DNA of 32,000 nt, taken from Aquifex aeolicus VF5. Its GTDB lineage: Bacteria > Aquificota > Aquificia > Aquificales > Aquificaceae. The notes beneath the pieces are model-generated. The model saw only the letters and a list, made by a program, of their open reading frames with translations, had not been told where the DNA came from and did not search any database. The position numbers and the translations under genes are program-made. Location: contig NC_000918.1 of NCBI RefSeq assembly GCF_000008625.1, positions 570,001 through 602,000 on the forward strand, read 5' to 3'. Shown here in pieces: positions 21,687 through 30,626 of this stretch; position 1 is the first letter of the stretch; each line of letters starts with the position of its first letter.

Positions 21687-21690
<4 letters not shown>
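20053..21690 (-). CDS. secreted/periplasmic tetratricopeptide-repeat protein
   Basis: 545 aa with the signal peptide MRKWIVAFSLFSISFS, followed by more than 10 successive ~34-aa repeats with the A..Y..AL..(D)P.N pattern. Confidence 0.8.
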
Positions 21691-23485
<1,795 letters not shown>

Positions 23486-23525
23486 TTTTCTACCTCAAAA
23501 AGTTTTTAAAGGAAAGGAAGAAGGA

Positions 23526-24212
23526 TTAAACCTTCTTCTTACAGATGTACCAGTCTGCACACTCGTATCCTTCTTGTAGTCTCTTGACCGCGTCTTCGTA
23601 AGTAGTCGGTGGCGGTACGATGACTTTTGTATTTTCTTCGGTAAATTCCCAGGTTTGGGGTTCGGGTACCCAGTCCGCGGGAGTTGCCACTCCTTCCCTG
23701 TCTGCGGTTTGGAGCGCATCAACGAGTCTTATAACTTCCCTTATGTTCCTACCGGTTGTGAGCGGGTAGTAAATCATAGCCCTGAGTATTCCCTTGTCGT
23801 CTATCACAAAGAGTGCCCTCACAGTGAAGGTTGTGCTCTGTGCTGGGTGTATCATTCCGTACTTCTTTGCAACTTCCATGTTGTGGTCCGCTATTATGGG
23901 GAAGGGGATTTCAATTCCAAACTTTTCCTTTATGTTCATAACCCACGCTATGTGTGAGAAGTTGCTGTCAACTGAGAGTCCTATGAGCTGGACGTTTCTC
24001 TTCTTGAACTCTTCGTAATTTTTAGCGAAAGCTACGAACTCGGTAGTACACACAGGTGTGAAGTCCGCGGGGTGTGAAAATAGAACTACCCACTGTCCCT
24101 TAAAGTCATCGGGGAATTTCACGGGACCGAAGGTCGTTTGTGCTTCAAAAGCCGGTGCCGGCTCACCGAGTCTCGGCAGAGAAACTACTTCCATTTCTTT
24201 CCTTTCTTCCAT
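23526..24212 (-). CDS. 1-Cys peroxiredoxin (Prx6/AhpC-TSA family)
   Basis: GEPAPAFEA...[18 protein letters not shown] is the peroxidatic Cys motif of the Prx6 subfamily. The ATG at 24212 has AAGGAGGTG 6 nt upstream. The ORF-track start at 24242 would coincide with the predicted transcription start. Confidence 0.9.
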   Translation of the reverse strand: MEERKEMEVVSLPRLGEPAPAFEAQTTFGPVKFPDDFKGQWVVLFSHPADFTPVCTTEFVAFAKNYEEFKKRNVQLIGLSVDSNFSHIAWVMNIKEKFGIEIPFPIIADHNMEVAKKYGMIHPAQSTTFTVRALFVIDDKGILRAMIYYPLTTGRNIREVIRLVDALQTADREGVATPADWVPEPQTWEFTEENTKVIVPPPTTYEDAVKRLQEGYECADWYICKKKV

Positions 24213-24248
24213 GGCTCCCACCTCCTTTAACATTATTTTCATTAATTA

Positions 24249-24276
24249 ATTTTATAAAGATATTGTTAATTGTCAA
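24249..24276 (-). promoter_or_regulatory. candidate sigma70-type promoter of the peroxiredoxin gene
   Basis: The minus strand reads TTGACA (24276-24271), a 16-nt spacer, then TAAAAT (24254-24249). It sits about 35 nt upstream of the SD-supported ATG at 24212. Confidence 0.5.
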
Positions 24277-24330
24277 TAACGGAAATCATAAAAGACGGAT
24301 AAAAAATTTTTTATGGTTAGTGTATAATAA

Positions 24331-24619
24331 GGGGAACGCTTCCTCGGAAAGGACACTGTGCCTCCTATGGACACTGGGATACTCGTCGGCTCAATCCAGC
24401 TCGACTCCACACTACCCCACCAGCAGGTTAGGGAAATAGGTAAGAAAATCGCCAGAATTCTGGAGGAAGAAAAGGAGAGGGGACTAAAGAGATATTACTT
24501 GGCCTTCGGTACGGAACCCGGCACGATCACCATAGGCGGTGGTGGGAACATTCCTGACACTCGTATACGTTCCCATATTCTACATGGTCATCTACAGGAT
24601 AAAGCGCTTTCTCTCCTAG
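24331..24619 (+). pseudogene. eroded relic of an RND (AcrB/CzcA-type) efflux transporter gene
   Basis: Frame 1 (24331-~24540) reads ERFLGKDTVPPMDTGILVGSIQLDSTLPHQQVREIGKKIARILEEEKERGLKRYYLAFGTEPG. This resembles the FLP..DEG....v.lP.G.s...t......e..l.....v......G porter-domain segment of RND pumps. Frame 2 (24536-24619) reads AVVGTFLTLVYVPIFYMVIYRIKRFLS*, which resembles the last TM helix and C-terminus of RND pumps. Only about 95 codons of a roughly 1000-codon gene remain. Confidence 0.6.
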
Positions 24620-24945
24620 CCGTTTTTAAACTTTTCCAGTCTGCTCACCTGAACGTCCGAGACGAACACAACTCCAGAGTGCTTGTTAAAGAAGGGAGTG
24701 AGACCTTCAAGTATAGCTTCAACCTTCTCTTCGGGCATTACGGATATTACCATGTCAAGAACGTCCTCTTCGTTAAAGAGGAGATGCCCCTCGTGAAATC
24801 CGTGGCTTCCCTTTCCCGAAAGGTTGTGTATTATCGTGTATCCCTTTACTCCCGCCTTTTCAAGCAGGTCAAGCACAAAGTCTAAATCTTCACCTCTCAC
24901 GATTATCTCAACTTTCTTCATCTGGTAGAGGTTAAGCTTACCCAT
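24616..24945 (-). CDS. PII-like signal-transduction protein associated with the DAB module
   Basis: 109 aa. MKKVEIIVRGEDLDFVLDLLEKAGVKGYTII..LSGKGSHG follows the beta-alpha-beta/T-loop layout of GlnB-family proteins (compare MKKIEAII..FKLD.V...L...G..G.T...V.G.G). GGAGGT lies 5 nt upstream of the ATG at 24945, and the start overlaps the dabA-like stop by 8 nt. Confidence 0.75.
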   Translation of the reverse strand: MGKLNLYQMKKVEIIVRGEDLDFVLDLLEKAGVKGYTIIHNLSGKGSHGFHEGHLLFNEEDVLDMVISVMPEEKVEAILEGLTPFFNKHSGVVFVSDVQVSRLEKFKNG

Positions 24946-27900
24946 CTTTTACCTCCGTTTTAAGTTCGTTCCAGCTTCCCTTCTTATACCTGTAAAACTT
25001 CTTGCTTTCAGGGTCAAAGATTACGAAGTTCACCCACTCGTTCTGAATCAAGTTTCTGATAGCGTAAACCCTGTTTATAACGCTCAGGGCAAATTCATAG
25101 GGAGCCTCAAGTAGAATTATCAACCTTGCGGGTATGTGGAGAGGTTTCCCTTCTTTGTAAACGGTCTGAGTTGGGAGTCCGGTTCTCAGGTCGCTGAAGT
25201 TTCCGCTAATTACGCCGAACCTTCCCACCACGTTGTGGTAAACCTTACTGCCACTTCCGTACACCTCGTTGTCCGTCGTGGAGAAGTAGTATTCCATGTT
25301 AATCCACTGTCCGACTATCGCGGGACCTGAGAGTATAACTTCCAGAAGAAATCCCCTCCTGTCCACACGGTAGTCGTAAGAGTGAAGGAATACCTTACCT
25401 TCTAGGTTTAGATGTTTTGTGAGTTCTCTCCTTCCTATTACGAAGGCGTAGTTCCCGGAAAGTCCCCACTCGGGTCTTACCTGTGACCAGTCGTAGGCGT
25501 TTTCAACTACTTTGTATATTTTTCTGAGTTCGTCCTCCGCTTCCTCATCAAAGAGTTCCTTGTACCTCTCGGAAGCGGTAAGCATGCTCGCTTTGTCAAA
25601 GTCTTCCTTTATCTCTTTTAGTTTTTCCTTAACTTCTTGGGGAAATTGCTCAAGGTCGTAGAAGTGAACCTCGTCCGTTGTGGTGTTGTGAAGTCCCGGA
25701 ACGAAGTAAGTGTTCTCGGGAATGTTAATACCGAACTTTTCCTTTATCCTTTTCCTGACTTCCGGGTTGTTAGCCATTCTGCAAAAGACTATGGCGTTGT
25801 ATAGTCCAGAAGCACCACCGCAAGCACCGCAATCAAGGGCGGATTCATAAGGATTGTTGTCGGACTTGCTCCCGTGCCCGATTATGAAAACGAAGGGGGC
25901 AAACTCCGTAAGCCCCACCATCTTAAGAGCCCTTCCAATAAGGCTCGCCTGTTCGTCAAGGGTAAAACCGAGTTTGCTGAGTCTCTCAAACAGAATATTC
26001 CAGTAACCTCTGTCAACCTTGTACACCTTTCTCAGTCTTTCAATAAATTCCCTTTGTTTTTCACCTTTAAAGCCGTAGAGTTCCAGTCTTTCAGAGTAGT
26101 CCGTTTCTCCCAGGCACACCTTCAAGGTTTCTTCCAGAAGGGGCTTTTCCGGGTTCTTTATTCCGTATTCGTGCTCAAAAACCCTCTTTAAGATGGTCTC
26201 ATACACCCTGTTCACGAGCTCCTTTACTTCCTCTCTTGACGGCTTGTTTATTATGTAGTCCACATTTTCTTTAGACTCTAAAAGCTTTTCCTTTAGTTTT
26301 GAGTAGGAGTAAGGCATGAATGTCTTTCCTATGAAGTCAAACCCGAAGAGGAAACCTATCGCTTCAACGGTAACGTAGGGGGTGAGCACGTTTTGTTTTA
26401 AGTCGTGAAGTATGTGCTCAAGGAGATGAGTAACCTCGTATTCTTCCTTCATTTCTTTCGGTATCTCAAGAACTACGTTTCTCGGCTTTATGAGGACAGG
26501 GCACAGGAACTCTTCATGTCCTTTGTGAATTTCAACGAAGGCCATAGGGACGCCGAAGAACCCCGCTATTCCGTATGTTTCATAATTCCCTATCTTTTCT
26601 AAGTTTCTCCTGTACCTCTCCGAGCGAACGTCTATACAGAAGAGAGCCTGAGCTTTTGGCTTTTCCTTTTCCTGATTTGCCCTCAGAACGCCCTCTGTTA
26701 GCCTTTCTATTAGACTGTCTTCCAGAGCTTCAAGCCATATAAAGCCTTCCTTTTCTTGAAACTCCCCGTAGATTTCTAAAACTTTTTTAAGTTCTTCCTT
26801 AGAAAGTTCCTTTACCCTTTCACCGAGCCAGTCTTTCAAAAACAGGGCAAAGTTGGAGGCGTTTATGTGGGCTTTCCTTGAAAGGTAGGTGTTTATAAAA
26901 CTTTCAGCGTTTTTCAGGTTTTCCCTTACCTGCGAAGAGAGTTCAGCAGGAACCCTCTTGGTTGCGTACTCGTAGGTGAGGAATGCCTCTTCAATCTTTT
27001 CTTCAAAGAACCTTTTGAAGTTTTCATATGTAGGCTCAAAGGGGTAAACCTTTTTCCTGTGCTCCAGTATTCCCTTTTCCAGAATTAACCTTACAGCAAG
27101 AAATTCCACGAGGTCCGAGGGATAAACCCTCTGGAAGTAGTAGTGTTTGTTGTGAGAACGCCACTTTATGTAGCCCGCTATCCCTTTCAACTTTGCAAGC
27201 TCAAGGGTAATGTAGCGTTCCCACAGCTCCTCGGGAATTCCGTAAGACTTCAGGATATTATCTATTGCTTCTTCAGGCTCTTCAAAACTTTCCATAAGTT
27301 CACCGAGTTCTCTGCCTCCCCTGATTATAAACCTCAGGTTGTACTTGGCAAGTTCCCTGAAGGCTCTAAAGAATCCCTCCTTTCTCCTTGGCATTTCAAC
27401 CACAGACTGCCCTTCGTCCAGAAAGTCCAGGGAAAGCTTTATGAGCAACTCATTTACAGTTCTGTTTACACTTTCTCCAAAGAAAAGGTCCACAAAGTCC
27501 GCTATCGTGTACTTTTTCCCGAACTCTGAAAACAGGTTTTCCATTACTTCTTTCGGGTTTTCTGAAAAGAACCCCTTCAGTTTTTCAACAAGATCTGTGT
27601 CAGCTTCCCTGATAAGGTAGGTGTTCTCGTAAACTTTCAGCTTTTCGTCTTTTATAAGTCTTAAGAGATCCTCATAAGTAAGAGGTGCACCTTCCAGATT
27701 TACGTTTTCCTTTAAAGAATTCAGTAATTTTTCTTCTTTTATTAAGCCTTTGTTTAAAAAGTCTATGTAATCCTTTCTCCTTAAAAAAGCTCTTCCTTTA
27801 AATATTTCTTCTCCTTCTTTTATCGCTTTTGAAAAGTGTTCGCCTTCAAGCTCGTGGAGAGGGTTGTGGTAGACGAAGTTCCGCATAGGCCAGAAGTAGG

Positions 27901-27961
27901 AAAGCGGTTCTCCCGCTACGTTTACGAGTGAGCGTATGTATAACTTCCTTCCAAGTTCCAT
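24938..27961 (-). CDS. dabA: DUF2309-family protein, DabA/MpsB-like (putative vectorial carbonic-anhydrase subunit)
   Basis: 1007 aa and soluble-looking. The N-terminal PLSYFWPMRNFVYHNPL is typical of DUF2309. ALFCIDVRSERYRR (C442, D444) and IIGHGSKSDNNPYESALDCGACGG (H696, C711) reproduce the CxD / H-x14-C spacing of the Zn ligands reported for DabA. SD AGGGGGT lies 6 nt upstream, 13 nt after the stop of the membrane-subunit gene. Confidence 0.85.
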   Translation of the reverse strand: MELGRKLYIRSLVNVAGEPLSYFWPMRNFVYHNPLHELEGEHFSKAIKEGEEIFKGRAFLRRKDYIDFLNKGLIKEEKLLNSLKENVNLEGAPLTYEDLLRLIKDEKLKVYENTYLIREADTDLVEKLKGFFSENPKEVMENLFSEFGKKYTIADFVDLFFGESVNRTVNELLIKLSLDFLDEGQSVVEMPRRKEGFFRAFRELAKYNLRFIIRGGRELGELMESFEEPEEAIDNILKSYGIPEELWERYITLELAKLKGIAGYIKWRSHNKHYYFQRVYPSDLVEFLAVRLILEKGILEHRKKVYPFEPTYENFKRFFEEKIEEAFLTYEYATKRVPAELSSQVRENLKNAESFINTYLSRKAHINASNFALFLKDWLGERVKELSKEELKKVLEIYGEFQEKEGFIWLEALEDSLIERLTEGVLRANQEKEKPKAQALFCIDVRSERYRRNLEKIGNYETYGIAGFFGVPMAFVEIHKGHEEFLCPVLIKPRNVVLEIPKEMKEEYEVTHLLEHILHDLKQNVLTPYVTVEAIGFLFGFDFIGKTFMPYSYSKLKEKLLESKENVDYIINKPSREEVKELVNRVYETILKRVFEHEYGIKNPEKPLLEETLKVCLGETDYSERLELYGFKGEKQREFIERLRKVYKVDRGYWNILFERLSKLGFTLDEQASLIGRALKMVGLTEFAPFVFIIGHGSKSDNNPYESALDCGACGGASGLYNAIVFCRMANNPEVRKRIKEKFGINIPENTYFVPGLHNTTTDEVHFYDLEQFPQEVKEKLKEIKEDFDKASMLTASERYKELFDEEAEDELRKIYKVVENAYDWSQVRPEWGLSGNYAFVIGRRELTKHLNLEGKVFLHSYDYRVDRRGFLLEVILSGPAIVGQWINMEYYFSTTDNEVYGSGSKVYHNVVGRFGVISGNFSDLRTGLPTQTVYKEGKPLHIPARLIILLEAPYEFALSVINRVYAIRNLIQNEWVNFVIFDPESKKFYRYKKGSWNELKTEVKDG

Positions 27962-27974
27962 AACTCTACCCCCT

Positions 27975-30338
27975 TCAAGCGATAAAGAATCCGATTACAA
28001 GCAGTAAGACAAGAATTCCCAGGGCTGGTTTGAACACTCTATCGTCTAAATCCGTGTAAATCAGGTCTTCCCTTTCTCTGTAAAAGAGGAACTTCCCGAG
28101 GGATACGAGAATAGCTGTACTCAGTATCACCCAGCCAATTAGGAAAAGGGCGTATGTGTATAGGTTGAGTTCTATACCTGCGTAGTAGTATGCGTAAAAA
28201 GTTATGAAAAGGGGAGCTCCGTATAAGAAAAGAGCTGTGATAAAGGTAAGTGCGGAAAACTTAGGCGCTTTTTCCAAAAGTCCCGTTATAAATCCAAACT
28301 CAGAAGAGCCATAATACTTTCTAAGGAATTCACCAAGATATACGAGGATTAAAATTCCGAAAGCTACAAATATCCCGAGCCAGAACTTACTCGAAATCCA
28401 GAGAACTGAGGCAGAAGCTCCGAAAATATCGGGTATAAACTCACTTAAGTTTCTGGAAGAAAGACTCCTTAAAGAGAAAAAGGCAAAGGTTATTAAAGGC
28501 ACGAGTGGAGAAAGAGAAATTTCTCCGAAGAATACCACTCCGAGAAGGGAACCAATAAGTAAAAGAACAGAATAGGTGTAGGGATTACCCTTCAGCTTTA
28601 GAATCAGGTAAACGCTTGGAAGAAGAGGAATAAAGAGTCCTAGCAGAAGGGTTTTTACGAAATCTGCGGTGCTCAGCTCAAGGGCTAAGAGGAAAAGTGC
28701 AAAGAGAGATATTCCCGCGAATACGCTTTCTTTTTTCAAAACATCGGAGACTTTTAAAAGAAACTCTTTAATAAACTCGTAAAGGTCCGTAAAGTAGAGT
28801 TCTCTGGAGAGATGGGTGTAAACGAAGGTGTTGAAGGTAAGGAACTTTTCCTTGTTGGCGTAATATATGAAAACCCAACCCGCGAGTATTATCAGTCCTA
28901 TCAGTATCATTTCCGCTATGAGAACTACAGTATTTGCAAAGGAGCTTTCGTAAATTCTCTCTATTATTTCCTGATTGGGGTAAAGGAACTTAGAGAGTGT
29001 ATGTCCCATAACTACGTATCCGAGGAGGAATATAAGGAGTGAGAGTATAGCTATTAATGCTGAAAGCAGGGGCTTTTCCCTTTCCGTCCTGAAGGTGCTT
29101 ATCACGGCCTGTGCTCCCGTAGCCCAAGCGAAAAAGAAGATTATGAGCTGAGTTTCATATTCCAAAAAGTGCTCCTCAACTATCAGGTGTATTAAAACCA
29201 CGAGGAGCAAGGGAACGAGTATGGAGAGCAGTGCGTAAAGCAACCACGGCACGTTTTTCTCAAATTTTATTCCTCTTGTCACTACCTTGTAAACTTCGTC
29301 TTCTGGGATGTTTGGGTCCTTTCTCGCGCTGTGTATGACGTTACCCGAGTAAAGGAATAGGGTCGCCTTGAATATACCGTGTGCCATCATGTGGTAAACT
29401 GCAAGGGCAAAAGCACCTATCCCAAACTCCATAACCATGTATCCCATCTGCCCTACAGTGGAGTATCCCAGAGACTTTTTAACGTCGTTTTGTATAAGCA
29501 TCAGGGCGGAACCGAGTATCGCCGTAAGAGAACCTACGAAGAAGGCAAGGTAAAGTCCCGGGTTTTCGTGCGTAAAGAGAAAAGCAGTTCTGTTTACGAG
29601 GAAGGCTCCCGCGTTTACTATACCCGCATGCATGAGAGCGGATACGGGAGTGGGACCTTCCATACTGTATACAAGCCAGAGGTGAAATGGAACCTGCGCG
29701 GACTTTATCATGGCTGACATAACGACGAGTAGCGGAACTACCCACAGGGTAAACGAGTACCCTTCAAAGGAAAGTACGGCCTTTTCAAGTTCGGGAATGC
29801 TCAGGGTTCTGAATTCAAGGTAGAGGAGAACAATGGCTATAAGCAGGGGAACGTCCGCAAGCCTCTGGGTTATAAAACTCAGGTTGGCGAACCTTACCGC
29901 TTTCTCCTCACGGTAGTTGTGGTTCAGGAGTAAAAACAGGAGAACTCCTACGAGGTGCCAAGCGAAGAATAAAAGGAGCAGGTTTCCGGCAACCACGAGA
30001 AGGATAAGCGTAGCGGTCATTAAGTCCAGAAGGGCGTAAAAGCGTCTGTATCCAGGCTCGTCCCTCATGTAGTTTTCCGCGTACTTGTGTATCACAGAAC
30101 TGACGAGGAGTATGTAAGTAGAGAGGAGCAGCCCCAGTCTGTCTGGAAAGAGCTCTAAAACTCCGAAGAGAGAAAAGTGACCAAATGATCCAGTAAGCAG
30201 GAGAATTAAAGAAATGAGGAAGTTTGTGAGTGTAAAAGAAGTACTCAGCCGCGCTCCCAGAACTCTATTCTCAAGCCTATAGACAAGAAAAGCGGAAACC
30301 AGTTGCAGGAGTATAGGGAGGATGATCATGTATTGCAT
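27975..30338 (-). CDS. dabB: NuoL/NdhF/MrpA-like proton-conducting membrane subunit, DabB/MpsA-like, with an extra C-terminal domain
   Basis: 787 aa and highly hydrophobic. Complex-I antiporter-like subunit motifs are present: SAQVPFHLWL, PTPVSALMHAGIVNAGAFLVNR, SLGYSTVGQMGYM, HMMAHGIFKATLFLYSGNVIH and LSRELYFTDLYEF. No other nuo or mrp genes are adjacent. Confidence 0.85.
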   Translation of the reverse strand: MQYMIILPILLQLVSAFLVYRLENRVLGARLSTSFTLTNFLISLILLLTGSFGHFSLFGVLELFPDRLGLLLSTYILLVSSVIHKYAENYMRDEPGYRRFYALLDLMTATLILLVVAGNLLLLFFAWHLVGVLLFLLLNHNYREEKAVRFANLSFITQRLADVPLLIAIVLLYLEFRTLSIPELEKAVLSFEGYSFTLWVVPLLVVMSAMIKSAQVPFHLWLVYSMEGPTPVSALMHAGIVNAGAFLVNRTAFLFTHENPGLYLAFFVGSLTAILGSALMLIQNDVKKSLGYSTVGQMGYMVMEFGIGAFALAVYHMMAHGIFKATLFLYSGNVIHSARKDPNIPEDEVYKVVTRGIKFEKNVPWLLYALLSILVPLLLVVLIHLIVEEHFLEYETQLIIFFFAWATGAQAVISTFRTEREKPLLSALIAILSLLIFLLGYVVMGHTLSKFLYPNQEIIERIYESSFANTVVLIAEMILIGLIILAGWVFIYYANKEKFLTFNTFVYTHLSRELYFTDLYEFIKEFLLKVSDVLKKESVFAGISLFALFLLALELSTADFVKTLLLGLFIPLLPSVYLILKLKGNPYTYSVLLLIGSLLGVVFFGEISLSPLVPLITFAFFSLRSLSSRNLSEFIPDIFGASASVLWISSKFWLGIFVAFGILILVYLGEFLRKYYGSSEFGFITGLLEKAPKFSALTFITALFLYGAPLFITFYAYYYAGIELNLYTYALFLIGWVILSTAILVSLGKFLFYREREDLIYTDLDDRVFKPALGILVLLLVIGFFIA

Positions 30339-30346
30339 GGAAGGGT

Positions 30347-30352
30347 ATTATA
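30347..30352 (-). promoter_or_regulatory. possible -10 element (TATAAT) 8 nt upstream of the dabB-like ATG
   Basis: The minus strand reads CCCCTTATAATACCCTTCCATG. The -10 hexamer is perfect, but only a weak -35 (TTTCCT) lies at 17-nt spacing, and there is no SD before the ATG. Confidence 0.3.
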
Positions 30353-30392
30353 AGGGGAAAGGGAGAAAAAGGAAAGATGTTTTTTATCAGTT

Positions 30393-30596
30393 TTAGATGA
30401 GTTGTTGTTGTTTTTTGAGGGCTTTTAATATCTTCTTTCTCCTGTTCCTCTCCCTTTTCTTCTTCCTTTCACTCGGTGGCTCGTAGTACTCTCTCCTCTT
30501 TAACTCGGTCAAAATTTGTTCCTGCTCAACTCTTGCCTTGAACCTCTTTAAAACCTTCTCTATAGGTTCTCCTTCCTGAACAATTACCGTAACCAA
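30393..30596 (-). CDS. rpsU: 30S ribosomal protein S21
   Basis: 67 aa. VLKRFKARVEQEQILTELKRREYYEPPSERKKKRE matches the S21 pattern (ALRRFKR...G.L.E.RRRE.YEKP...RK). It uses a TTG start with AAGGAGGTG 8 nt upstream. Confidence 0.9.
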   Translation of the reverse strand: MVTVIVQEGEPIEKVLKRFKARVEQEQILTELKRREYYEPPSERKKKRERNRRKKILKALKKQQQLI

Positions 30597-30626
30597 GCTT
30601 GCATCACCTCCTTTATCGGATTCGTA

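Noticed and set aside
24358-24885. A 175-aa plus-strand ORF between the peroxiredoxin and the DUF2309 gene.
   Set aside because: Its first third is the RND-pump relic. The rest is antisense read-through of the well-supported PII-like gene (24616-24945). It has no SD and a GTG start, so I do not call it a gene in its own right.
24616-30338. Reading the NuoL-like gene as a fragment of respiratory complex I or of an Mrp Na+/H+ antiporter operon.
   Set aside because: No nuoA-K/M/N or mrpB-G genes are adjacent. The gene is instead coupled to a DUF2309 protein with a carbonic-anhydrase-like metal site, which is the signature of DAB/MpsAB systems.
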